Assembly: GCA_964467765.1 (NCBI GenBank)
Contig: CAYXSS010000002.1
Span: 1,310 to 65,309 of the forward strand
Direction: 5' to 3'
Source of the DNA: an uncultured Candidatus Saccharibacteria bacterium
GTDB taxonomy: Bacteria; Patescibacteriota; Minisyncoccia; UBA6257; 2-01-FULL-56-20
Length of the DNA: 64,000 bases
Shown: positions 50,821 through 61,045 of the stretch, in pieces
How the letters are laid out: each line of letters starts with the position of its first letter
How positions within the stretch are numbered: position 1 is the stretch's first letter
The notes under the pieces: generated by a model
Told to the model about the DNA's origin: nothing
What the model saw: only the letters and a program-made list of their open reading frames with translations
Database searches by the model: none
Made by a program: the position numbers and the translations under genes

Positions 50821-53760
50821 ATGTCGACGGAGCAGAAATTCTCCGCTGAGCAGGTGGAAAGAATAAAGAAACTTTTCGAGGAATCCCAGGAGGATACGAA
50901 CAAGTTCCGCGAGCTTGTTGAAGCGGACGAAGAACTGAAATCTTTTTCGTGGGAAGACGTGAGAACCAAGGCCGAAAACCTCCGCTTATTGAAGCGGTTG
51001 GCGAAGCTTTATAAGGAACTGGAAGAAAAACTGGCCAAGCGCGTTGCCGAAAAGGCATTAATCGAAGTCGGCGCGGAAAAACTTTTCGAGGAGTTCTGCA
51101 AAGAAGTTCCGGACAAAGAAGAGCCGCCAAGCTTCTTAAGAGATCTCGAGGTTTTTGTTGCCAAGGCGGAAGAAGTTGTCTGGACGAAAGAAACTCTTGA
51201 GGCCCTGGAGCAGGCCATGCGCCACGGCTTACCCGCCGAAACTTTTATTAAATACCACTCGCATATCCCGCAGAAATTCGTGGAAGAGAAAATGAGAAAA
51301 CTTCGCGGCATAAGCAGGGTTCAGAAATCAGCCGAATTCATCAGGGGCATAGGCAGAATTACCGATGTCAGCAAGATAGATTCCAAAAGCGTGATTCACT
51401 TCAAAAAGACCTCACGCAGGCGTCCTTACGAAACGGGCATCAAGCAATTGCGCTGGACCGCAAGCGTCATCAACGGCGCAAACATCGGCATCAAACACTC
51501 GCCGCTTATCGAGGAAAACCCCGTGCGTTGCGCGCTGGCCAATGCCCGCCGCAACGGAGATTCGCTCGTTATTCTTACCAACCTCATCGATCTCGACCTC
51601 AAGAAGGCCGGCGGTACGCCACAGGTGTATCGTTCGCAGATTTCCGGTTACAACACCAATGTGGAAATTCTTTCTCCCGAATACCAGCAGCGCGCCAAGG
51701 CCGTTCTAAGCGGCGAAGAAGAAGGATTGATTTATGAAAATCTCGCCGAGAAATTTTTAAACATTCTTTCCGGCTGGGAAAAGATTTTTATGCGTCCCGA
51801 CGGCAAACCTGAATTTACAGGAATCGTTTTGGGACTTCTCGGTCCGAAAGAGGACGAGTTCATCAAGACCGGCACCTATTGGGAGCTGCATCGTCTGACG
51901 ATACAGAGACAGAAGAAGCTGGACGTGGAAATTTCCATGGCCAAACACCAGCTTAAAGAAGCAATGGAATACGGCGCACCGGAAGAAGAGATCGAAGATC
52001 TTCAAAAAAACCTTGACAGGCTTATTGCCGAGAGAGACAAGACGCGCGTTTCTTTCCACCGGCCGGAGGATCTGCAGGATTACGAACGGCGAGTCCGCAC
52101 TTTCGTCGTCAAGATGCTCGAAGAAAAAATTCCCGGTCTCAAGATCATCGCCCAAAGAAAGGCTTATGTGAAAATCGGCGAGGAGACCGTGCTTTTCGAA
52201 ATACCGTTTAACATGGATGCCACCGACGGTTTGCTGGCCAATTTCTGCAACCACTACGGTCCGCGAGTTCTTCGCGGCGAGGTTCCAAAAACAGTTGTTA
52301 TTTGCCAGGCGCATTCGCCCAACTTCCGCATGACCGTTCGCGAAGTCGATGGCGGCGGCAGGCGCGGCGATGCAAGGATCTATGTTGCCCCGATTGCCAT
52401 TGATCAGAAATTTTTGCAATCCGAGTTGAATCAGGAAGCCAAGCCGGTCCATCAGCTCGAGAAAGCCATTTGGATGGGGCAATTCGAAGCAGGAGTTTTG
52501 CGTCTCAATTGCGCAAACGGCGTAGTCAATCCCGATCCCATGTCCGTTGCCGATCTGGTAAAAATGGAAGTCGGCTATGGCACCTACTTGGAAAATCTAG
52601 AAAAATGCCGCTATATCTGGACCTATCTGCCATCCGACCCTCACTGGGGCTGGGGCTGGAAAGAATTTGTTCACGATCCGGATAGCGGGCGCGAGCTCGG
52701 TATGTGCGAGGCAGCAATTGAGATGATGCGCCGCGCCGGGATTTGCGAGGAAGGGAAATTGCCGATACATTTTTTTGCCATTTGCGACGATCCGACGCAA
52801 GGCAACCACTTCCAGACGCAGCAGCAGCCACATCAGCACAAAATGCCGTTTCACAGAATCGAAGAGAGATGGCTTGCGGCCTTGCGAGCCGCCAAAGAAG
52901 GCGATGCGGAAAAGAGGCTCGAAATCTTGAGGGAAATGAAGCGCCTCAATCTGTACCAATTCGGCGTTCGCGGCGAACACTGGACGCAAGACCAGCTGGA
53001 GCAGGTTATCGAGCGTCACCTTGAGCCGAATACAGACTTTTTCCTTGCTTTGCTCGCAAGCGCCAAGAGGGCCGGACTTGTTCTGCGGCCCGTGAGCGAC
53101 TTTACCGACACCGACCATTTTCCGCCCGGTACTCCGGATAAAAGGGATATCGGCATCGTCAATTTCTCTACCGGAAATCACTTTGCCGCCACCGTCAACA
53201 AGGAAATTATGGAAGGCGCGATTTATGCCAAGATGCTGCGGCTCATGCTTCGCGCCCATCCCGACTGGAAAGACAAAAACGAACTGCTGGAAAAACTTGT
53301 CACTGCGCCCACTTACGGCAACATCACCGTTGGCTGGGGTACGATTTCCGTCCCTGGCGGCTACGAGTGGGGTATCGAAGTGCGCAATAAACCGCCGCGC
53401 CTCTCAAGTTGGGGAGACACGCTCCTTGGAGCGGTTCGCAACGACGAGCAGCGTGGCAACTACTCGCGCATTTTCGACAAGCGCATGACTCTCAAATGCT
53501 ATGGCGACAAGCATTTCTTCGGCGCCGTACGCACCGGACACACTTTTTATTTTATGGCCGCGCCCGGAGTGCCAACCGAGGTTTACGGCGAACTTGGTTT
53601 TCCGCCGAATAATACCGGCGTCTCATTTGTCGGTCTGCCAGCGGGCGGTCCTACGAGCGGTCCGATCCTCGTCCGCACGCTGACATTCAGTCAGATTCGC
53701 GACTACTTCAAGAAGCCGTACAAGTTCGACTGGGAAGCTTTTCTCCCCGATCCGGCATAA
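50821..53760 (+). CDS. large protein with HTH-like repeats and tandem calcineurin-like phosphoesterase domains
   Basis: long ORF; C-terminal SDPHWG / DD..QG / TGNH / GDKH motifs; degenerate copy of the same motif order upstream. Confidence 0.6.
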   Translation: MSTEQKFSAEQVERIKKLFEESQEDTNKFRELVEADEELKSFSWEDVRTKAENLRLLKRLAKLYKELEEKLAKRVAEKALIEVGAEKLFEEFCKEVPDKEEPPSFLRDLEVFVAKAEEVVWTKETLEALEQAMRHGLPAETFIKYHSHIPQKFVEEKMRKLRGISRVQKSAEFIRGIGRITDVSKIDSKSVIHFKKTSRRRPYETGIKQLRWTASVINGANIGIKHSPLIEENPVRCALANARRNGDSLVILTNLIDLDLKKAGGTPQVYRSQISGYNTNVEILSPEYQQRAKAVLSGEEEGLIYENLAEKFLNILSGWEKIFMRPDGKPEFTGIVLGLLGPKEDEFIKTGTYWELHRLTIQRQKKLDVEISMAKHQLKEAMEYGAPEEEIEDLQKNLDRLIAERDKTRVSFHRPEDLQDYERRVRTFVVKMLEEKIPGLKIIAQRKAYVKIGEETVLFEIPFNMDATDGLLANFCNHYGPRVLRGEVPKTVVICQAHSPNFRMTVREVDGGGRRGDARIYVAPIAIDQKFLQSELNQEAKPVHQLEKAIWMGQFEAGVLRLNCANGVVNPDPMSVADLVKMEVGYGTYLENLEKCRYIWTYLPSDPHWGWGWKEFVHDPDSGRELGMCEAAIEMMRRAGICEEGKLPIHFFAICDDPTQGNHFQTQQQPHQHKMPFHRIEERWLAALRAAKEGDAEKRLEILREMKRLNLYQFGVRGEHWTQDQLEQVIERHLEPNTDFFLALLASAKRAGLVLRPVSDFTDTDHFPPGTPDKRDIGIVNFSTGNHFAATVNKEIMEGAIYAKMLRLMLRAHPDWKDKNELLEKLVTAPTYGNITVGWGTISVPGGYEWGIEVRNKPPRLSSWGDTLLGAVRNDEQRGNYSRIFDKRMTLKCYGDKHFFGAVRTGHTFYFMAAPGVPTEVYGELGFPPNNTGVSFVGLPAGGPTSGPILVRTLTFSQIRDYFKKPYKFDWEAFLPDPA

Positions 53761-53807
53761 GGACGCAAAGTTTTGCCGAAGCAAATCGCGTCCCAAGATA
53801 AAAAATT

Positions 53808-53834
53808 AAAGCTCCGCTTCCAGCGGAGCTTTTT
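53808..53834 (+). terminator. intrinsic terminator
   Basis: AAAGCTCCGCT-TCC-AGCGGAGCTTTTT. Confidence 0.65.
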
Positions 53835-53896
53835 CTTGCAAAACCTTTTTCTTCGTGCAATAATTACACCAGAAAAATTTACAAGAGAAAAATGTT

Positions 53897-54517
53897 ATGA
53901 AAGTCCACCCGCTGCTTTTTCTCGATCTTGAAACGACCGGCCACGACCCGCTAAAGCGTGTAGGCCAAAACCTTGTTCCTTGGCACGAAATCATAGACAT
54001 CGGAGGGATTCTGGTCGATCCGGAACGGCTATCGGTTGTCGCGGAGTTCGAGAAAAAAGTGATGCCGGCGCATGCGGAGCGCTGCCTTCCCGATCTGGTC
54101 AACCGCTACCGGGAAAGAGCCGCTCGCGGCGAATGGCTTACGGGAACAATTCTTCCCGTGGCCATCCACAAACTTCTTTGGTTTGCTGGCAGCACGGGGG
54201 AGACGGCGATACTTTTAGGACAAAACTTCTTTTTCGACTGGAATTTCCTCTCCGTCGCTTTCGCCGCTTGCGGCATCGAAGAGTCGGAATGGAAGAAGTT
54301 TCTGCATTATACGCGCCTCGATGTCCGTTCCATGGCCGCACAAGCGCTCTTGGGACCGGGTGAAGTCTACGACCCCGACGAATTCAGCATGCGCAATGGC
54401 AGGTTGCTCAAGCGGCTTGGTATCGACCCGGAGCCTGAGGTGCACGAAGCCATCAATGGCGCGCGCAAGTCGTTTGAGGTTTACAGAAAACTTCGCGAGC
54501 TTAGAGCCGATCGATAA
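53897..54517 (+). CDS. DEDDh-family 3'-5' exonuclease-like protein
   Basis: FLDLETTG, GQN..FD, LDVRS, HEAINGA (last Asp replaced by Gly). Confidence 0.8.
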   Translation: MKVHPLLFLDLETTGHDPLKRVGQNLVPWHEIIDIGGILVDPERLSVVAEFEKKVMPAHAERCLPDLVNRYRERAARGEWLTGTILPVAIHKLLWFAGSTGETAILLGQNFFFDWNFLSVAFAACGIEESEWKKFLHYTRLDVRSMAAQALLGPGEVYDPDEFSMRNGRLLKRLGIDPEPEVHEAINGARKSFEVYRKLRELRADR

Positions 54518-54621
54518 GACGCGGATCCGCAAGGACCCGCTTTTTCTTTTGTGGATAAACCAATTTGCTTTTTGGAAAATTGCCGGTAAGATATTATCAG
54601 GATTATTGAAAAGGAGTCGTC

Positions 54622-55251
54622 ATGACCTTCGTGATTGAAGAGCCAACGAGAAGATTCTACTTTGCCCATCCGGTTAATGTTTACGGAAAGCCGTTAGAAG
54701 AGGCGATAATCGCTCTTATAGAATCGGTTTTTCCGAACGATGTTGTTGAGAACCCCAATCAACCGCATCATCAAGAGGGTTATACAAAGTATGCCGAAAG
54801 AGCAAAGCAAAGCAGCACCAAGCACAAAGGAATGAATTATTTCTACGACGAAGTTCTACCGCATTGCGATGGTTGCGTGGCCGTGCCTTTCCTTGACGGT
54901 AAAATGGGCCTTGGTGTCGCAGGCGAAGTGAGATGGTTTGTAAAAAGAGGCTTGCCGGTCTATGTCGCAACTCCCGCGAAAGCCGATATAACCGCGGAAG
55001 ATATAGAAAATTTTATCGCAAATCCATTGAGCGGATTGTTTGCAATCGGGCCGCTTTCAAAAGACCACAGAGTCGATTTTCTTTCCTGGAGCGAGGAAAA
55101 AGAAGAGAGTGAAAAGACGCGCCCGCAGTTTGTCGTGCCGCATCTCGAAACTCGCCTGCGTACTTGGTTGGTTTACAATCGCCAATACCGGCCGTACGAG
55201 GAGGCCCATCTCGTTTCTATGCCTGAGCCGCCGGGATTTTATCCCGAATGA
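54622..55251 (+). CDS. NDT-like fold protein
   Basis: FYFAHP, ENPN, CDGCVAVPFLDG..G.GVAGEV. Confidence 0.6.
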   Translation: MTFVIEEPTRRFYFAHPVNVYGKPLEEAIIALIESVFPNDVVENPNQPHHQEGYTKYAERAKQSSTKHKGMNYFYDEVLPHCDGCVAVPFLDGKMGLGVAGEVRWFVKRGLPVYVATPAKADITAEDIENFIANPLSGLFAIGPLSKDHRVDFLSWSEEKEESEKTRPQFVVPHLETRLRTWLVYNRQYRPYEEAHLVSMPEPPGFYPE

Positions 55252-55366
55252 TAAGCAAGGCCGCAATTTCAACGCCGAGGCGATTATGCCCCGGCTTTTT
55301 TCTTGCTTGCAAATGCCCGGCCTACTATAATGAAACCAGATATTTTTAAGTTGAGAGGAGGGGAAG

Positions 55367-57955
55367 ATGAGCTGCAAGAAAGAGAAAAACATCGTAGATA
55401 TGAGCGGCCGCACGGTTATTTTAAGCTTGGAAAATTTTGTTCACTTCCCGCATTTTATTTTGCACATCTCCCTGAACGGAGAAACATTCAAGCGAATCAA
55501 AGACAATGTTTTTGTCGTTGCCAACCCGGTTTTAGGCGAAAAGATTTCTGCTGTTGACAAGGGAGTTCTTGCCGTCGTCACAGAAGACAGGCCGGAAGGA
55601 AAAAGCATGCGCTACGTCGTCGCCGAACTTGTTGCGAGAGTGAAAATATCCGATGTTCAGGAACACGGCCTTGGCAAGAAAAATATTTGCGACTGCCATG
55701 CCGTGCCGATAGTCGAGAACAAAATTTCCGAAGAACGTTGGGAAAGCGGGGAATTTCGAGGACTCGTCGATGGTCTGATGAAATCTTTATTTTCACTCGT
55801 TTCCAGCGCCCGCGAAGCCAACGAAACCATAGTGGGTTGTTTTAAGGCCGAAGGGGACGTGGAAGGAATGGCTGAATATGTGGATCGGTTAAACAGGCTA
55901 TACATCGTCCTCAAGCGGTTTGAAAAACTTGACCGCGACGATTTTTCCCTGATGGTCGACGAAATGGCGGGCAATATCATGGAATGGCTGTTTATTGCGT
56001 CTCCCGAAAAAGAATTTGAGAAAGATTTTCTGCTTAAGATGCGCAACGTCCTTTTCGAAGAAGATTTGGAAAAAAGAGCCGTTCTGCTTAGCGAAGCCTT
56101 TAACCATGCCGCCAAAAATCTTATGGGCGTTATCGATCCCAACGGCGTTTTTCCGGAGATGGAAGACGAAGACGCTAATTACTCAATCGACGTGCCGAGA
56201 GACTTGCCCGACCATATCCGCAAGAAAGTGGAAAAAATTTTGGGCCGTGCCGATACGAATAGTATGGATGGCAGGGTAAATCAGGAATATGCCGAATGGC
56301 TCTGCCGTTTTCCTTGGAACAGGAAAACCGAGGATGAAAGCGATTTTAAAAAGATTCGCGAGCGGCTGGAAGCGGATCATGACGGCCTGGAAAATATCAA
56401 AGAGCGTATCGCCGAATTTATTGCCGTACGCAAGACCAAGGCCGATGCCAAGGCGCCTATCCTTCTTTTTGTCGGACCGCCAGGAGTCGGAAAGACTTCT
56501 TTGGGACAGTCGATTGCCAGCGCGCTGGGAAGAAAGTTTATTCGCCAGTCTCTGGCCGGCTTAAAAGACGAGGCCGAACTTCGTGGCCACCGCCGTACTT
56601 ACGTCGGCGCACTGCCCGGCATTATTATTCAGAGGCTCTGCGACGCCGCGTCTCGCAGCCCGGTTTTTATGCTTGACGAAGCTGACAAACTGGGAGAGCA
56701 CGGCAAAGACATTCCGGCGCACGCGCTTCTCGAAATTTGCGATCCTGAACAAAACGATTCTTTCCGCGACCACTACTTGGACGAGCCGGTTGATCTTTCC
56801 GAGGTTTTATTCATCCTTACGGCCAACACCGTTTTGACCATTGATGAGATGCTTTTAGACAGAGCGGAGATCATAGAATTTTCCGCTTACACCGAGGAAG
56901 AAAAGATCCGCATCGCGAGGCTTTACACAATCGGAAAGGTTTTGCGAGAATCGGGAATCGAACCGGAAAATCTGCGCAAACAAAATCTGCCGGTTTTCAC
57001 CGTTGAATTTACCTATCAGGCGCTTGAAGAGCTCATTGGCAAATATTCCGCAGATGCCGGCATGAGAGATACGGAACGCAACATCAAGAAAATCATTTCC
57101 AAAATACTCAAAGAAGTTCAGCAGGGAAACCTGGAAGATCTTCTTTCGGGTGCCAATGGCAACGGCGCAGATTTTAAGGAAAATGAGTTTACGGAAGAGA
57201 CGCGAGAATGCGCTCTTGAACCGCAAAAAGTTATAAGAGTCGGCATTCAGAGATTAAGAAAATTCTTGGGCGATCCGAAAAAAAGGGAGTGGATGCCAGA
57301 CTTGAATGATTTGCTGCCGGGAGTGATACCGATTCTTGTGGTAGATGGAAACGGACAGGGAAAAGTTAGCCGCGCCGAGGTGTCTTTCGGGCCGATAGGT
57401 CCGCAAGAAGGTCCGAAAATAAAAAGAACCGGGAATTTGCAGGATGTTATCAAAGAATCGGTGGGCGTTGCCTTGGATCGGCTGACGGAAGACGACTTCG
57501 GAGTGCTTAAGGGCAGGGACTTGAGAAAATTCATTCACGTCCATTTGCCGGACGGCGCAACGCCGAAAGACGGCCCTTCCGCCGGACTGGCAATCTTTGC
57601 GGCGATTTATTCCAGATTCATCAAAAAACCGGTTAAGCCGCTTTTCTCGGTAACCGGAGAAATCGCTCTCCGGAGCAGGGTTTGCTTGCCGGTTGGCGGC
57701 ATAGACGCAAAACTTATCGCCGCACACAAAGCCGGCATCAGGGAAGTAGCCATTCCTTTGGCAAACAAAATAGATCTCAAGAAAATTCCAAAAAACGCCA
57801 GAATTATCGGGCCGGAAGACTTGGGCGAAGGAAAGTCGTGGAAAGATTTTTCGCGCGAAGAAAAACAGGAAGGATCGTTTACGATTTATTGTGTTGAAAC
57901 GCCGGAAGACGTGCTGGAAATAGCTTTTCCGGACGATTACCCGCCTCAAAACTAA
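55367..57955 (+). CDS. lon: Lon (La) protease with divergent N-terminus
   Basis: GPPGVGKTS, LRGHRRTYVGALPG, LDEADK, PKDGPSAG, TGE, PVGGI..K. Confidence 0.9.
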   Translation: MSCKKEKNIVDMSGRTVILSLENFVHFPHFILHISLNGETFKRIKDNVFVVANPVLGEKISAVDKGVLAVVTEDRPEGKSMRYVVAELVARVKISDVQEHGLGKKNICDCHAVPIVENKISEERWESGEFRGLVDGLMKSLFSLVSSAREANETIVGCFKAEGDVEGMAEYVDRLNRLYIVLKRFEKLDRDDFSLMVDEMAGNIMEWLFIASPEKEFEKDFLLKMRNVLFEEDLEKRAVLLSEAFNHAAKNLMGVIDPNGVFPEMEDEDANYSIDVPRDLPDHIRKKVEKILGRADTNSMDGRVNQEYAEWLCRFPWNRKTEDESDFKKIRERLEADHDGLENIKERIAEFIAVRKTKADAKAPILLFVGPPGVGKTSLGQSIASALGRKFIRQSLAGLKDEAELRGHRRTYVGALPGIIIQRLCDAASRSPVFMLDEADKLGEHGKDIPAHALLEICDPEQNDSFRDHYLDEPVDLSEVLFILTANTVLTIDEMLLDRAEIIEFSAYTEEEKIRIARLYTIGKVLRESGIEPENLRKQNLPVFTVEFTYQALEELIGKYSADAGMRDTERNIKKIISKILKEVQQGNLEDLLSGANGNGADFKENEFTEETRECALEPQKVIRVGIQRLRKFLGDPKKREWMPDLNDLLPGVIPILVVDGNGQGKVSRAEVSFGPIGPQEGPKIKRTGNLQDVIKESVGVALDRLTEDDFGVLKGRDLRKFIHVHLPDGATPKDGPSAGLAIFAAIYSRFIKKPVKPLFSVTGEIALRSRVCLPVGGIDAKLIAAHKAGIREVAIPLANKIDLKKIPKNARIIGPEDLGEGKSWKDFSREEKQEGSFTIYCVETPEDVLEIAFPDDYPPQN

Positions 57956-57997
57956 AACAAGGAGCCGAAACAAAAGGCTCCTTTTATAATTAAGACG

Positions 57998-58648
57998 ATG
58001 GGCGAAAAACTACAAACCAACAAACAGCTTATCAAATTTTTGGTCGACGAAGGATATCTGAAATCGCGGCGCATAATCGATGCGTTTGAAAAAATTGATC
58101 GCGGAGATTTCGTTCCGGATAAATATATAAGCGAGGCGTACGCGAATTATCCTTTGCCTATCGGGCACGGCCAGACGATTTCCCAGCCCCTAACCGTGGC
58201 TTTTATGCTTGAACTTTTGGATCCGCGTCCGGAAGAAAAAATTTTGGAAATTGGCGCGGGTTCCGGCTGGCAAGCGGCGCTTCTTGCCCAAATTACTGGT
58301 CCCGAAGGGTTGGTGGTTGCCATCGAAAGGATTCCGGAGCTTGTCGAATCCGCAAAGGAAAACGTTCATAAATACGGTTTTCTAAGCGATGGCAGATTGA
58401 AGATTTTTAGAGCTGACGGTTCGAGGAGCGCTCCGCCGAAAGTTTTTCCGCAAGGCGGATTCGACAAGATTGTCGCCGCCGCGGCCGGAGATGAAATACC
58501 TAAAGCGTGGAAGGATGAATTAAAGATCGGCGGAAAAATTATAGCGCCGGTTTTAAACAGTATCGTCGTTTTGGAAAAGATTTCGGAAGAAAATTTTAAG
58601 AAAACGGAATACCCCGGATTCAGTTTTGTGCCCTTGATTAAGGGGTAA
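57998..58648 (+). CDS. pcm: protein-L-isoaspartate O-methyltransferase
   Basis: PLPIGHGQTISQP, LEIGAGSGW, FDKI, FVPL. Confidence 0.93.
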   Translation: MGEKLQTNKQLIKFLVDEGYLKSRRIIDAFEKIDRGDFVPDKYISEAYANYPLPIGHGQTISQPLTVAFMLELLDPRPEEKILEIGAGSGWQAALLAQITGPEGLVVAIERIPELVESAKENVHKYGFLSDGRLKIFRADGSRSAPPKVFPQGGFDKIVAAAAGDEIPKAWKDELKIGGKIIAPVLNSIVVLEKISEENFKKTEYPGFSFVPLIKG

Positions 58649-58748
58649 ATCTTCACGACTTCCGTCTTCGGCAGCCGAATTTGACCCCCCAGGGAATAAA
58701 GAGTATTCTGCTTTTAGAACGCTTGAAACCCTATCAAGGGGGCAAGTT

Positions 58749-61004
58749 ATGAAACTGAAGTTTTTCTGCATCGGTATTTTGTCTGCTTGTTTGGCATTGC
58801 CACAGGAAATGCCCGAGAGGGGAAACACTCCTCCTGATGCGGTTGGCGACCAAAAAATTGCGCCGGACAATACGCGAGCCGACACAAAATCAACGGAATC
58901 CCTGCTTAAAGATCTCCAGAAAAAACTGGAAAAACTGGAAAAGAAATATACAAAGAAGAAAACGGAGCTGGAGAATAGAATCAGCCAGGAAAAAGATGCG
59001 AAGAAAGTGGAAAAATTGAAGAAAGAACTGGCCGAGCTGGAAACGAATTTTCAAAAGGAAAAAAACGATCTGAACGAAAAGATCGGCCGGCTCAAGATTG
59101 TTCCGGTAGAAAAACGAACCGTGGATACGAAAAGCCACTTGCTCGTCCCCGGCACCTGCGGCGACATTATGTCTTGGCCGCCTCTAGACGAGAGGCGTCA
59201 GATGGTCGAGGCGCTCGGTCCCCCGAGCCGCTGCGAAGAGCACACCAGCCGAGACATAGTTGTTTGGATTGGGAACGCCACTCCACTTTTAAGTAAGAGC
59301 TACTGCTTCACCCCGATTACCAAAGGAGGGCAGACCGGAGAGTTTAAATTCCGCGCGCCCGGCCTCACTTTTATGGTTTTTTGCAATATCGAAGGCACGA
59401 ACTGCAAGATGTACGTTTTTATGGAGCACATGCCAACCCTGCAGCAAATTGTTTTTGTTTCCGGCAGTGATCGCCAAAGAGACCAGCTTCTGCTTAACAT
59501 GTGTCCTCCGAATGCACAGGTGGAATACCCGGCGCAAGGCTTGTGGCACCTTCTGCCGCTAGACGCCAATTACGGCGAGGAAGGAAACTACGACGGCGTG
59601 ATCAGGGGCCTTATTGACGGCATGGGCGGAATTTCGAGATTGCATTTTGGATTACAAGGCCTGGAGGCCTACAAGGCAAGCGCGCCGATCCCCAAGCTCG
59701 AACTAAGAAATATTGTTCTCGACGACAAATTGCCGGAGCTTTTCAAGAGCGTTGAAAATCCGTGGCTTGCGATTTACGCAAACTTCGCGCCGCTTCTCGA
59801 CGAACCGACAAATGACATTTTTGTCCAGAACAAGATCGCCGACCGGCTGAATTTTTGGTTGCATGGCAAGGTGTCTGTCGCAACGGCCGAAGAGATAAAG
59901 AAGTTTGTCGAAGCGCTCGACAAGAAATCGGTCAAGACGAAGAATTATGAAATTTACCGGCATGATCTAAACGAGGCGGAGAGTTTGTTTCGCGCAGGCA
60001 AATGGAAAGAAGCCGTAAAGTCCATGGAAAATTTGAACAAGATTTTGGAGAAAGACAATAAAAAGATTATGAAACAATGCGGCAAATCTCTTCAGGCGCG
60101 CGACAGGACGGTTGATTTTATGGAGCAGTGGGAGTTCGTTCCCGCGGGCGATGTCGTCTCCGACTTCATCAAGACGCACCCAGACAAAAAGAAGCAGGAA
60201 GAAATGAAACCGCTCTTGGCCACCTACAATACAAATGCCAAGCCTGTTAGGGACTATATCGACAAGTTGCGAGTGAAATTGACGAGCAATCTGAAAGAAG
60301 GAGAGCTTCTGGAGCCGGTGGTTGTAAAACCCGGCGAGAAAGTTGTTTTCCTCGTAAGCGTAGTCGGCGGCACGATTGATTACGAGAGGCAGAAAACGCG
60401 TCTCCGTGCCGTAGTGAACGAGCGCTTTGTACCGGCTGACGAAGTCGGCGTAGTCGAAAAAGATGCGCCGGAACTGAACCAACTGTTTGCCGGCATGCTC
60501 AATGTCGACGAACTTATTGCAAGCGGCTTTGAAAGCGTTGTTGTCGAAAAGAGTCGCAGCCGGACGATAGTTTCGCAGGTGCAAGCCAAAGACAGGAAAA
60601 TCGGCTTCGCTAAATTTGCCGATCGGGCAAACATAAGCGAAGAAACTGTTTTATTGAAAGACGTCAAAGATAAATCTGGTTTGAGTTGGTTGCCGGTTGT
60701 TATGCCCAAGACGAACGTTTCGCAATCGAGCATTCCTAAAGACCCGAACAAGTTTCTCACAACGTTCAGCTTTTTGGATAGAGACTCCAAGCGCCTTACG
60801 ATTATGTCATTCGTTTTTGAAAGCAAGCGGCCGCTTACATACGTTTCTCCCGATGGCAAAGGAAATGCGGTTACGGTCAATTTCTATCTCTATCCTGGAC
60901 TCTATGAAAACGAAATGACGATAGTCGACGCCTTAAACAAAAACGTCAACGACAGAGAAGTGAAATTTCCGAAAATCCGTTTTAGGGTTTTGCCTCCTAA
61001 TTAA
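58749..61004 (+). CDS. large secreted hypothetical protein
   Basis: signal peptide, K/E coiled coil, Cys-containing globular region; 751 aa. Confidence 0.75.
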   Translation: MKLKFFCIGILSACLALPQEMPERGNTPPDAVGDQKIAPDNTRADTKSTESLLKDLQKKLEKLEKKYTKKKTELENRISQEKDAKKVEKLKKELAELETNFQKEKNDLNEKIGRLKIVPVEKRTVDTKSHLLVPGTCGDIMSWPPLDERRQMVEALGPPSRCEEHTSRDIVVWIGNATPLLSKSYCFTPITKGGQTGEFKFRAPGLTFMVFCNIEGTNCKMYVFMEHMPTLQQIVFVSGSDRQRDQLLLNMCPPNAQVEYPAQGLWHLLPLDANYGEEGNYDGVIRGLIDGMGGISRLHFGLQGLEAYKASAPIPKLELRNIVLDDKLPELFKSVENPWLAIYANFAPLLDEPTNDIFVQNKIADRLNFWLHGKVSVATAEEIKKFVEALDKKSVKTKNYEIYRHDLNEAESLFRAGKWKEAVKSMENLNKILEKDNKKIMKQCGKSLQARDRTVDFMEQWEFVPAGDVVSDFIKTHPDKKKQEEMKPLLATYNTNAKPVRDYIDKLRVKLTSNLKEGELLEPVVVKPGEKVVFLVSVVGGTIDYERQKTRLRAVVNERFVPADEVGVVEKDAPELNQLFAGMLNVDELIASGFESVVVEKSRSRTIVSQVQAKDRKIGFAKFADRANISEETVLLKDVKDKSGLSWLPVVMPKTNVSQSSIPKDPNKFLTTFSFLDRDSKRLTIMSFVFESKRPLTYVSPDGKGNAVTVNFYLYPGLYENEMTIVDALNKNVNDREVKFPKIRFRVLPPN

Positions 61005-61007
61005 AAT

Positions 61008-61045
61008 CAAAAACCGTCCCGATAATTTCGGGACGGAATTTTTAT
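61008..61045. terminator. bidirectional terminator
   Basis: AAAAA-CCGTCCCGA...TCGGGACGG-AATTTTT between convergent genes. Confidence 0.7.
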
